Source of the DNA: Dissulfurimicrobium hydrothermale
GTDB lineage: Bacteria > Desulfobacterota > Dissulfuribacteria > Dissulfuribacterales > Sh68
Assembly (NCBI RefSeq): GCF_022026155.1
Contig: NZ_CP085041.1
Coordinates: 70,306-94,305, forward strand
Length of the DNA stretch: 24,000 nucleotides
Reading direction: 5' to 3'
Shown here: positions 1 through 8,162 of the stretch, one piece after another
Layout of the letters: each line of letters opens with the position of its first letter
Numbering within the stretch: the stretch's first letter is position 1
The notes under the pieces: model-generated
What the model was told of the DNA's origin: nothing
The model's input: only the letters and a program-made list of their open reading frames with translations
Database searches by the model: none
Translations under genes and position numbers: made by a program

Positions 1-638
1 TCTGACGCAAAAACTTCATCCAACACTCCACGAAGATAGTGATGCACCCTCCAGTCGCAATGGACATAAATACTCCCATCATCCGCCAGCAGATCGCGCA
101 TGAGGATGAGCCGCTCGTAGATCATGGCGATGAAGGAATCCGCGCCCTTGCCCCAGGTGTCGCGGTAGGCGATCTCTTCTAGGATGTTGGGCTTCTTGGT
201 GAAGGTGTCGCCGCCGATCTCGATGTCCATTGAGAAATCCGCGCCCACGTCAAAGGGCGGGTCAATGTAGATCAGCTTGAGACCGCCCTGCTTTTCGATC
301 TCCTCGCGCAGGGGGCCGTTTTTAAGGGAAGAGAGGATGAGCTTGTTGTCACCCCAGATCAGCTTGTTGGTCCAACCCTTGAGCTGGCCGCCCCGGTTGT
401 CCATATCGAAAAGCCCGAGTTGCAGGGAGGCGGGCTTTTCCGCCCGCGGCTCGTCCACCTGCTCGATCACCTGAAAGGGCAGCACCACGTTGCAGACCTC
501 GCCGGTCTTGCCGTTCCAGACCAGCTCGACCTCGCGCCTATCCTCGAACAGCAGGAAACGAAACTTGTCCGGCAGGGGGCTGCCCGCCTCGATAAAGCGG
601 ACAATCTCCTGTTTTTCCTGTTCGGTCAGTTGAGCCAT
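1..638 (-). CDS. DNA methyltransferase, beta-class N6-adenine/N4-cytosine (type III Mod-like); N-terminal 212 aa only, the gene runs off the left window edge
   Basis: Not in the ORF track because it is truncated, so I translated the minus strand by hand from the ATG at 638-636. It reads MAQLTEQEKQEIVRFIEAGSPLPDKFRFLLFEDRREVELVWNGKTGEV...GGLKLIYIDPPFDVGADF...SIYVHCDW. The DPPF catalytic motif IV (252-263) lies near the N-terminus, which is typical of beta-class amino-MTases. The N-terminal sequence is one I recognise from Mod-like site-specific methylases. Confidence 0.8.
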   Translation of the reverse strand, partial: MAQLTEQEKQEIVRFIEAGSPLPDKFRFLLFEDRREVELVWNGKTGEVCNVVLPFQVIEQVDEPRAEKPASLQLGLFDMDNRGGQLKGWTNKLIWGDNKLILSSLKNGPLREEIEKQGGLKLIYIDPPFDVGADFSMDIEIGGDTFTKKPNILEEIAYRDTWGKGADSFIAMIYERLILMRDLLADDGSIYVHCDWRVHHYLRGVLDEVFAS

Positions 639-643
639 GGTAT

Positions 644-1471
644 TTATCTTAATCCTGTTTTTTCTGGATCAACAAGCCTTTTCGCATCTTCCCACAGCCT
701 GTCAAATTCGTTCTGCGGCAGACCGGAAAATTTTATTCCGTTAATCCTTGCCAGCTCCTCCATGGTCTTAAAACGTCTTATAAAGCGATCCACTGTTTTG
801 CTTAACGCCTCTTCCGGGTTTATCTCAAGGAGTCTCGCCATGTTCGCGACGGCAAACAGAAGGTCTCCCAGCTCATCCTTTATATTTTCATGCGTTCCTG
901 AGCCGATGGCTTCCTTGAGTTCCGTCTCCTCTTCCTCTATTTTTTTCCAGATATCTTCGACCCCCTTCCAGTCAAAACCGATCCTTGACGCCCTCTCGCC
1001 CACTCGAAACGCCTTCTGAAGCGCCGGAAGGACCTTTGGAAGCCCTCCAAGCGCACTCTCGGTCCCGCCTTTTTGTCTGGATTCCTCGGCCTTTATGACC
1101 TGCCAGTTGTCAATGACATCCTGGGTCCCCTTTACCTTGACATCCCCGAATATGTGCGGGTGTCTCCTTATCATTTTTACCGACACGGAATCCATGGCGT
1201 CTTTTATGCCGAAGCACCCCTTCTCCTCATACATCTCCGCCACAAAAATGAGGATGAAAAAGAGGTCTCCCAGCTCTTCCCTGACCGCCTCGGCATCGCC
1301 GTCTTCAACGGCCTCAACAAGCTCATAGGCCTCTTCAAGGATATATTTGCACACGGACCGCGGGGTCTGCTCCCTGTCCCACGGACAGCCGTCAGGCGCA
1401 CGGAGCCTCTTGACGATCCCCTTGATCTTAAAAAAACCCTCCCCTTCTGTTCCGATCTCTTTATTCGTCAT
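644..1471 (-). CDS. mazG: Nucleoside triphosphate pyrophosphohydrolase MazG (tandem-domain form)
   Basis: 275-aa ORF with LRAPDGCPWDREQT, EEAYELVEA and ELGDLLF motifs. A second EExxE/D-type half is present (EEETELKEAI...ELGDLLFAV). The length matches two-domain MazG. Confidence 0.9.
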   Translation of the reverse strand: MTNKEIGTEGEGFFKIKGIVKRLRAPDGCPWDREQTPRSVCKYILEEAYELVEAVEDGDAEAVREELGDLFFILIFVAEMYEEKGCFGIKDAMDSVSVKMIRRHPHIFGDVKVKGTQDVIDNWQVIKAEESRQKGGTESALGGLPKVLPALQKAFRVGERASRIGFDWKGVEDIWKKIEEEETELKEAIGSGTHENIKDELGDLLFAVANMARLLEINPEEALSKTVDRFIRRFKTMEELARINGIKFSGLPQNEFDRLWEDAKRLVDPEKTGLR

Positions 1472-1502
1472 AGCCCTTGTTTAATAACCCGCCTTAATCA
1501 TC

Positions 1503-1531
1503 TTGAAAAGCCTGGCCGCCCATGATAACGT
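1503..1531 (+). promoter_or_regulatory. Candidate sigma-70 promoter for thiC: TTGAAA-N17-TAACGT, which would put the TSS at or next to the thiC ATG
   Basis: TTGAAA at 1503-1508, a 17-nt spacer and TAACGT at 1526-1531. The thiC ATG is at 1538 with no purine-rich SD before it. The intergenic region is only 66 bp. Confidence 0.3.
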
Positions 1532-1537
1532 TATTTT

Positions 1538-2851
1538 ATGACTATAAAAGACAAGGCAAAATCAGGCGTCATCTTACCACTCATAGATCAATGCGCCAGA
1601 GATGAACGGGTCGATCCGAGAGATCTCGCCCGCGATGTCGGCTCAGGCGTTGCAGTGATCCCACACAACCGCCACGCGAACCTTAAGCGCCCAGCGGCTA
1701 TCGGTAGGGGCCTTTCGACAAAGATAAACGCCAACATCGGCACATCCAAAGATCATCCAGACATCGATACTGAACTTGAAAAACTCAAGGTCTCGCTCGA
1801 GGCAGGGGCGCATGCGGTCATGGATCTGTCCACCGGCGGCCCAATAAAGGAAATAAGGCAGGCCATAAGAGAGGCGTGCCCCGTGCCGCTCGGCACCGTA
1901 CCTATATATCAGGCGGCGGTCGAGACGGTCGAGGTCCACAAGCGTGCCATCCGCGAAATGGAACCTGACGACATCCTGCGCGTCATAGAAGAACAGGCCA
2001 TAGAAGGCGTGGACTTCATGACCATCCACTGTGGCCTCACCTTGGGGGCGCTTGACCGGCTCAAGTCCGACAGGCGCACCATGGGTATCGTAAGCCGAGG
2101 CGGGTCATTCGTCTTCGAATGGATGGTCCACAACAAGAAGGAAAACCCGCTCTACGAACGTTTCGACGACATCCTGGCCATAGCAAGGGAACATGAGGTC
2201 ACATTGAGCCTGGGTGACGCCTTGAGGCCGGGCTGCATCGCAGATGCATCCGATGGCGCACAAATACACGAACTCATCATCCTCGGCGAGCTCACACTGC
2301 GGGCCTGGGAAAAAGGCGTACAGGTGATGATCGAGGGGCCAGGCCACATGCCCATGGATCAGATCCCTGCAAACATGCTTATTCAAAAGCGGCTCTGTCA
2401 CGGGGCGCCATTCTATGTCCTAGGCCCCCTGGTGACGGACATCGCCCCTGGATACGACCACATCACAAGTGCCATAGGTGGGGCGATCGCCGCCGCCTCT
2501 GGCGCAGACTTTTTATGCTATGTCACCCCAGCTGAGCACCTGAAGCTCCCCTCCCTGGACGATGTCAAAGAAGGGATTATAGCCTCACGGATTGCAGCCC
2601 ATGCTGCGGATATCGTAAAGGGGGTGCCAGGGGCAACTGAAAAAGATAGAGAGATGGCCGAGGCGCGTCAGAGGCTTGACTGGCAGAGACAAATCGATCT
2701 CTCCATAGATCCGATCAAGGCCAGACTCTACTGGGAAGAAGGCGGGGCCTACAAGGGTCCGACCTGTACCATGTGCGGTGAGTACTGCGCCATAAAGACA
2801 TTCAGGCGGGCTATCTCAAGGTGTGACAAAAAGGGAGGCGATGCGGTCTAA
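1538..2851 (+). CDS. thiC: Phosphomethylpyrimidine synthase ThiC (radical SAM, short form)
   Basis: 437 aa. The N-terminus aligns with short ThiCs, with KINANIGTS and HCG motifs. The C-terminal CTMCGEYC matches the CxxCxxxxC Fe-S motif. Confidence 0.95.
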   Translation: MTIKDKAKSGVILPLIDQCARDERVDPRDLARDVGSGVAVIPHNRHANLKRPAAIGRGLSTKINANIGTSKDHPDIDTELEKLKVSLEAGAHAVMDLSTGGPIKEIRQAIREACPVPLGTVPIYQAAVETVEVHKRAIREMEPDDILRVIEEQAIEGVDFMTIHCGLTLGALDRLKSDRRTMGIVSRGGSFVFEWMVHNKKENPLYERFDDILAIAREHEVTLSLGDALRPGCIADASDGAQIHELIILGELTLRAWEKGVQVMIEGPGHMPMDQIPANMLIQKRLCHGAPFYVLGPLVTDIAPGYDHITSAIGGAIAAASGADFLCYVTPAEHLKLPSLDDVKEGIIASRIAAHAADIVKGVPGATEKDREMAEARQRLDWQRQIDLSIDPIKARLYWEEGGAYKGPTCTMCGEYCAIKTFRRAISRCDKKGGDAV

Positions 2852-4199
2852 AAAACGCCTGCTCTCGATAGCAGGCTCTGATCCGAGCGGCGGGGCCGGC
2901 ATCCAACAGGACATAAAGGTCTTTACGGCCCTGGACGCATACGGCGCAGCGGTGATCACGGCCCTGACCGTCCAAAACACCCTTGGTGTAAAGGACGTTG
3001 TGCCCATAGATGCAGACCTTGTTGCAAGACAGGTCGAGGCGGTACTCGAAGACATAAGGCCCGACGCCATAAAGACCGGGATGCTCGCCAACCCGGAGAC
3101 TGTAGAGGCCGTCTCCCGCACTGTCTCGTCATTAGCAAGGGATGCAATGCTGGTTGTTGACCCTGTGATGACTGCAAAGGGCGGTGCGGCCCTCCTTGAA
3201 AAGGGTGCGGTCTTCGCCCTGAAAGACCGCCTCTTGCCCCTTGCTGATGTCGTAACGCCGAATATCCCTGAAGCAGAGACCCTGCTCGATAGACGGATAC
3301 CGGATGCCGGAGCCATGTCCAGGGCGGCGCTTGACCTCCTGCATCTGGTCAAAAAAGGTGGCGCGGTGGTCTTGAAGGGCGGTCACCTTGAAGACGGCAT
3401 GGCGCTGGATGTGGTTGCAACCCCAAACGGTGTAACTGAATTGCCGCACGACCGCATCCATACCACGCACACACACGGTACCGGCTGCACATTCGCATCC
3501 GCGCTCGCTGTATTCCTTGCCAAGGGCTGCAACGTGATTGAGGCCGCCGGAAAGGCCAAGGCCTTTGTGACAACGGCAATCAGGGGGGCGTTTAAAATAG
3601 GCCGCGGTATCGGGCCCACCAACCCCATCGCCCCACTTGAAAACAAACTTGAGAGGTTTGATGTCATCAAATGTCTCGAAGAGGCTGCAAGTCGCCTCTC
3701 TTCTATTCCATGCAGGGCGCTTGCGCCTGAGGTGCAAATAAATATCGGCTATAGCCTCCCTTGGCCTGATTCCATCATGGATGTGGCTGCGTTTCCGGGG
3801 CGCATCATAGGTTTCAAGAACGGTGTCAAGGTGGTCTCATGTCCTGAATTCGGGGCATCGAGCCATGTCGCCCGCATAATACTGACCGCCATGGGTTTTG
3901 ATCCGGCATTCAGATCGGCCATGAATATCCGCTTCGACGAGGATTATATTAAAAAGGCTGCCGGACTTGGGCTTGCGGTTCAAGAATTTTCAAGGGATGA
4001 AGAGCCGGAAGACATGCGCGTAAGAGAGGGTTCGACCCTCTCCTGGGGGGTAAGAACGGCCATAGAGAGGGCAGGCCGGGTGCCTGATCTGATATTCGAC
4101 CGGGGCGCAGCGGGCAAGGAACCCATGATCCGGCTCCTTGGGAAGGACCCTGCCGGAGTGGTCGAAAAGGCCCTCAAAATAGCATCAATCGCTTTATGA
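2841..4199 (+). CDS. thiDN: Bifunctional ThiD (HMP/HMP-P kinase) fused to a ThiN-type thiamine-phosphate synthase domain (ThiDN)
   Basis: The N-terminal half has LSIAGSDPSGGAGIQQDIKVF and THGTGCTF, which are ThiD hallmarks. The C-terminal ~185 aa (EVQINIGYSLP...FGASSHVARIIL...GKEPMIRLLG) resembles the ThiN domain. I prefer the ATG at 2841 because GGGAGG lies at 2833-2838; the track start at GTG 2823 is an alternative. The gene overlaps the thiC stop. Confidence 0.85.
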   Translation: MRSKKRLLSIAGSDPSGGAGIQQDIKVFTALDAYGAAVITALTVQNTLGVKDVVPIDADLVARQVEAVLEDIRPDAIKTGMLANPETVEAVSRTVSSLARDAMLVVDPVMTAKGGAALLEKGAVFALKDRLLPLADVVTPNIPEAETLLDRRIPDAGAMSRAALDLLHLVKKGGAVVLKGGHLEDGMALDVVATPNGVTELPHDRIHTTHTHGTGCTFASALAVFLAKGCNVIEAAGKAKAFVTTAIRGAFKIGRGIGPTNPIAPLENKLERFDVIKCLEEAASRLSSIPCRALAPEVQINIGYSLPWPDSIMDVAAFPGRIIGFKNGVKVVSCPEFGASSHVARIILTAMGFDPAFRSAMNIRFDEDYIKKAAGLGLAVQEFSRDEEPEDMRVREGSTLSWGVRTAIERAGRVPDLIFDRGAAGKEPMIRLLGKDPAGVVEKALKIASIAL

Positions 4200-5683
4200 A
4201 GATACCCGCAAAAGAGATAACGGAAGTTGCAGAGGAGCTGGTGCAGCTCGCAAATTTCTACCTCCCCGAGGACGTCTTGGCCGTGCTATCTCAGGCCCTT
4301 GCAAGGGAATCATCGCCTACGGGCAGACTCATCCTTAATATGATCCTTGAAAACAGCCGCATTGCGAGGCGGGACCACCTCCCCATCTGCCAGGATACAG
4401 GGATCAACGTACTCTTCGTTGAGATAGGAAGGTCTATCTCGATCGACGGCGGCCTCATCCATGCGATAAACCAGGGGGTGGCGTCAGGCACACGCAAGGG
4501 ATATCTGAGATGTTCTGTCTGTGACCCGATAACACGCAAGAATACGGGCGACAACACCCCGGCTGTAATCCACGTTGAACTTACAGACCGGGATGACCTC
4601 GTTATAGAATGCCTGCCAAAGGGCTGCGGGAGCGAAAACATGAGCGCCCTCTTCATGCTGCCGCCTTCAACCGGCGTTGACGGCATAGTGAAGGCAGTTG
4701 TGGACACTGTCTTAAAGGCAGGCCCGAATCCATGCCCGCCTGGGGTGATTGGCATCGGGATCGGGGGGACCATGGAACGTGCCGCTATCCTTTCCAAAAA
4801 GGCCCTTTTGAGACCCATAGGGACACCCAGCCCGAGGGACGAGCTTGCAAGGCTTGAAGCCAGACTCCTGGACGAGATAAACCGCTTGGGGATTGGCCCG
4901 CAAGGGCTTGGCGGGCATATAACCACCCTTGGCGTGGCGATCGAGGCCTGTCCGTGCCACATTGCAAGCCTGCCCGTGGCCGTAAACATCCAGTGCCATG
5001 CGGCTAGACATGCGAAGGCCGTCTGGCATGACGGCCGATGGACCGTGGGGACGGATGTCAGCCCCACCGCCGACCAAACGGATGTAGAATGCAGATATGC
5101 GCCCTTTAGTCAAGACAAGGTCATAAGCATTGAACTCCCAGCCCGGAAGGAGATACTCTCCGGTCTAAGGGCGGGTGACTGGGTCCTTTTGAATGGTCTG
5201 CTCTATACTGGCCGCGATCAGACCCACAGGCGCCTTGTCAAACTCCTGGATCAGGGCCAACCCCTGCCTGTGGATCTCAAAGGCCAGACTATCTACTATA
5301 CCGGGCCGTCTCCGGCCAGACCTGGAAGGGTTATAGGCTCGGCAGGCCCAACCACCAGCTACCGCATGGACGCCTATATGCCAAGGCTTCTGGAGGAGGG
5401 GATCGTCGCCACGATCGGCAAGGGCCGCCGCTCCCTGGAGGTGCGTGAGGCCATGAAACGCCATGGTGCGATCTATCTCGCCACGATAGGCGGGGCAGGG
5501 GCCTATCTTTCACACTGCATAACCAGATGCGAACTCGCGGCCTTTCCTGAGCTCGGCCCTGAGGCCATGTACCGTCTCCAGGTAAGAGACCTCCCAGCCG
5601 TCGTAATAAACGATGCAACAGGCGCTGATCTCTACGAAGAGACAGCGAGACGACGAAACAAAACCTACATGCCCTCTCACTGA
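4196..5683 (+). CDS. Class I (Fe-S) fumarate hydratase / hydro-lyase with fused alpha and beta domains
   Basis: 495 aa with LPICQDTG, GCGSEN and conserved Cys residues of the Fe-S hydro-lyase alpha domain. The beta domain carries YTGRDQTH...GPTTSYRMD...IGKG. Its ATGA start/stop overlaps thiDN. Confidence 0.8.
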   Translation: MKIPAKEITEVAEELVQLANFYLPEDVLAVLSQALARESSPTGRLILNMILENSRIARRDHLPICQDTGINVLFVEIGRSISIDGGLIHAINQGVASGTRKGYLRCSVCDPITRKNTGDNTPAVIHVELTDRDDLVIECLPKGCGSENMSALFMLPPSTGVDGIVKAVVDTVLKAGPNPCPPGVIGIGIGGTMERAAILSKKALLRPIGTPSPRDELARLEARLLDEINRLGIGPQGLGGHITTLGVAIEACPCHIASLPVAVNIQCHAARHAKAVWHDGRWTVGTDVSPTADQTDVECRYAPFSQDKVISIELPARKEILSGLRAGDWVLLNGLLYTGRDQTHRRLVKLLDQGQPLPVDLKGQTIYYTGPSPARPGRVIGSAGPTTSYRMDAYMPRLLEEGIVATIGKGRRSLEVREAMKRHGAIYLATIGGAGAYLSHCITRCELAAFPELGPEAMYRLQVRDLPAVVINDATGADLYEETARRRNKTYMPSH

Positions 5684-7053
5684 GCGACCGTCGACCTCCA
5701 TCCCGTGTCTTCCCTCCATCTGATAGGGAAGCGGCAGGTCACCGTAGTCCCCTTGCCCTGAACGCTCTCTATCTCGATATCACCCTGATGTTCTTCCAAT
5801 ATCTCCTTTACCAGAAAAAGCCCTAGGCCTGTACCTCCAGGCTTGGTGGTAACAGGGGCGGCAAAGAGCCTCTTCTGCACGTCAGGCGGTATCCCTGGGC
5901 CCTGGTCTGAGATTACTACCGCGGGCTTACCCTTCTGTCGCGTGATTGCCACACGGACAACCCCACCGCCAGGCGACGCCTCAAGGGCGTTTCTCAATAT
6001 GTGAAGAAGGGCGGTCTTCAAAACCCTCCTGTTGGCCATGATCTCTATGCGGTCTTCTGGCATGTCCGCCATAAGGGTTACGCCCTTCTTCAAAAGACTC
6101 GGCCGCCAGGTATTCAACACCTCGTTCACAATCCCCTTTAAATCCTCCCTGGCAAAAGACCTCACTTCTTTCTCGGCCAGCTCCTCAAAACTCTTTACAA
6201 ATTCCTCGAGCTCAACAACACCCTGTCGAATAACCTCGAGCCTGCGCCTGGTCTCCTGTCCGACAGCCGGATCTTTTTTAAGTATCGCCCTTATGAGGCC
6301 GCCGATCACCGTCACAGGATTACGTATCCGGTCGGCTATCCTCAGGGCCATCTGGATGGTGGCGTGTTCCCTGGCCATTATTTCAAGGTCCTGGCCGAGC
6401 TGCAGGAGTTCCGAATTCATCCTATCCAACTCCCTGTTTTGAACGGTGGTCTGTTCAAGAAGCCTCAAGACCTCTTCATGTTTGAGCCTCAGGTTCTCAA
6501 TATAAGACTCCTCAGTGTCTCTGAAAAGTTCATTTCTGAGGGAGACCTCTTTCTGACTTATCTCCTCCCACGGCCGTCTTATCCCCCATTTTATCGCCTT
6601 GACCTTGAGCGGCGCCCCATGGACGCCTGATTGGATCTCCACATAATCAAGAACGCGCTTGAGGCCGGAGACGGCGCGCAGCTTGCCCAGATCTTCTATG
6701 TCAAGCGGACACGTCCCGTCGCTGAAGGCCGATGGATCGCAAGCCCTTTTCCCCTCGAAAAAAAGCTCTATCCCACCCTGGTCCTGGCCTATAGCGGGTC
6801 CGATCTTGCAACAGACGATCCTAAAAGTAACGATCCCTCCACCCGACATCCTAACGATGAGGCGGGCCATCTCCGACGCTGACGTCCCGACCTGTGCTGT
6901 CGCCACCCGGTCCAGACCACACATCCGGCAAAGCAATTTGGCCTTCATGCGAACCTTTGGGATATCGTCCTGTCTCTTCACGACGAGCGTAAGGACATGG
7001 AGCCTCTTGTCTATCTTGTCTATGTCTTTGTCTTTGTTCGTCGCCACTTCCAT
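5677..7053 (-). CDS. Histidine-kinase-like ATPase: intact HATPase_c, a DHp-like segment lacking the phospho-acceptor His, and a degenerate RsbT-like N-terminal domain. Terminal gene of the stressosome-type operon
   Basis: The C-terminus has an N-box HILRNALEAS, a G1 box DQGPGI and a G2 box GGTGLGL. The H-box-like motif reads RIADRIRNPVTVIGG, with D241 where HisKA proteins have H. A coiled-coil linker covers about residues 170-235. The N-terminus (~20-145) loosely resembles RsbT/RsbW. The gene overlaps the upstream gene by 34 nt. Confidence 0.7.
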   Translation of the reverse strand: MEVATNKDKDIDKIDKRLHVLTLVVKRQDDIPKVRMKAKLLCRMCGLDRVATAQVGTSASEMARLIVRMSGGGIVTFRIVCCKIGPAIGQDQGGIELFFEGKRACDPSAFSDGTCPLDIEDLGKLRAVSGLKRVLDYVEIQSGVHGAPLKVKAIKWGIRRPWEEISQKEVSLRNELFRDTEESYIENLRLKHEEVLRLLEQTTVQNRELDRMNSELLQLGQDLEIMAREHATIQMALRIADRIRNPVTVIGGLIRAILKKDPAVGQETRRRLEVIRQGVVELEEFVKSFEELAEKEVRSFAREDLKGIVNEVLNTWRPSLLKKGVTLMADMPEDRIEIMANRRVLKTALLHILRNALEASPGGGVVRVAITRQKGKPAVVISDQGPGIPPDVQKRLFAAPVTTKPGGTGLGLFLVKEILEEHQGDIEIESVQGKGTTVTCRFPIRWREDTGWRSTVAQ

Positions 7054-8162
7054 ACCGCCAGCGATGCGTCATCCTCAGAGGATGATTCGGGATTGAAAAA
7101 AAGATGCGCCCATATGCCGGACGGGATGGGCTTGAGCGCAATCTCCGGAGGGAGATCCGGCATGGGCCTGACCCCGTCCGAATGCATGAAGCAAAGTACC
7201 TGTGAACTGAAATTGTATATCTCAAATCCCTTTCGAGCCAAACGGCCGTTTCCGAGCACGCCCGGTCTTGATGTCAGCCCGCGCCTTATGCCGTCCAGAT
7301 ATAATGTGCAATTCACATTGCCTATGCCCGCAGCAGCAACCTTTGAAAGACCTCGGTCAAGCACCAGGACGTGGACAGACGCCCCGTCTGAGCCAGCAAG
7401 GGCCTCGCCGGCAGCCTCAAGGACCCTATCCAGCCCAATATTCAACGGAAGCGCTGCCAGGACGTCTATGACCGTCTGAGCCGTCCTGGCAGCGGATATC
7501 CCATGCCCCGTCGCATCGATAAGCGCCATGCGGCAGAAACAGCCGTCGTCCTGGCAGTAAAATGCGTCACCAGAATATGTCTCGCCTGGATAAGGACGGA
7601 TCAGTGCCGAGACATCGACCTCGTCTATTTTTTGTATCTGCGACCCTGCAAAGTCATTGGTCTCTTCATTCAGCGGGCAGACATCCAGGCAGGTCTTGGT
7701 CGCATGGTCAAAGAGAACCGCAATCGCCACCGTACCGAAACGAAAATCAACACCGAGGTCAGGACATGGAGAGGTCCCGACCATCGTCGAGCAGATGTAA
7801 AACCTGTCAGAAAGGCGCCTTACCGTCCCAAGCCCGACCCCGAGCCCGCCTGATGTGCTGAAACCATCCTTCATGGCCTCCTTTACATCCTGGATCCCAG
7901 GGCCTTCGTCAAGGCTTGCTATGCCAAGTTGCGGGGTACTGTTAAGGACCAGGCCGCTTATGCGGATCAGGCCGTTTCTGGTATGGTGTTCAAGATGATT
8001 TTGCGCAAGTTCGCTCGCCACAAGCACAGCCTCTTTTATCCTTGCCCCAGAGAAAGACAACCGATCCGCAGCCACGGCCGCAAGCTGCCTTGCGATGACC
8101 ACATCTTCAGGCCCTGTTATCCTGATTTCAGCCCATACAGGCGGCGTCTTCAGATGATCCAC
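7020..8162 (-). CDS. ATP-binding SpoIIE/PP2C-family protein phosphatase (RsbT-like kinase domain fused to PP2C; RsbX-position gene)
   Basis: The N-terminus has ASELAQNHLEH, LDEGPGI and KDGFSTSGGLGVGLG, which is very close to my recollection of B. subtilis RsbT (EDGFSTSGGLGAGL). The C-terminus has PP2C motifs SGDAFY, LIDATGHG, HSDGV and EDDASLAV. Confidence 0.85.
   Translation of the reverse strand: MDHLKTPPVWAEIRITGPEDVVIARQLAAVAADRLSFSGARIKEAVLVASELAQNHLEHHTRNGLIRISGLVLNSTPQLGIASLDEGPGIQDVKEAMKDGFSTSGGLGVGLGTVRRLSDRFYICSTMVGTSPCPDLGVDFRFGTVAIAVLFDHATKTCLDVCPLNEETNDFAGSQIQKIDEVDVSALIRPYPGETYSGDAFYCQDDGCFCRMALIDATGHGISAARTAQTVIDVLAALPLNIGLDRVLEAAGEALAGSDGASVHVLVLDRGLSKVAAAGIGNVNCTLYLDGIRRGLTSRPGVLGNGRLARKGFEIYNFSSQVLCFMHSDGVRPMPDLPPEIALKPIPSGIWAHLFFNPESSSEDDASLAVWKWRRTKTKT

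Noticed and set aside
420-1019. Long ORFs in the track lie antisense or out of frame to confidently assigned genes. Examples are 420-1019+, 1073-1525+, 2816-3352-, 3132-3737-, 4291-5067-, 8607-9317+, 9079-9591+, 10876-11370+, 12502-13227+, 16837-17412-, 21038-21436+ and 21913-22260+.
   Set aside because: Each is fully overlapped by a gene with clear family motifs on the other strand or frame. Their translations are low-complexity and rich in Arg, Ser and Pro, as is typical of shadow ORFs in GC-rich DNA. None has a recognisable motif or RBS.
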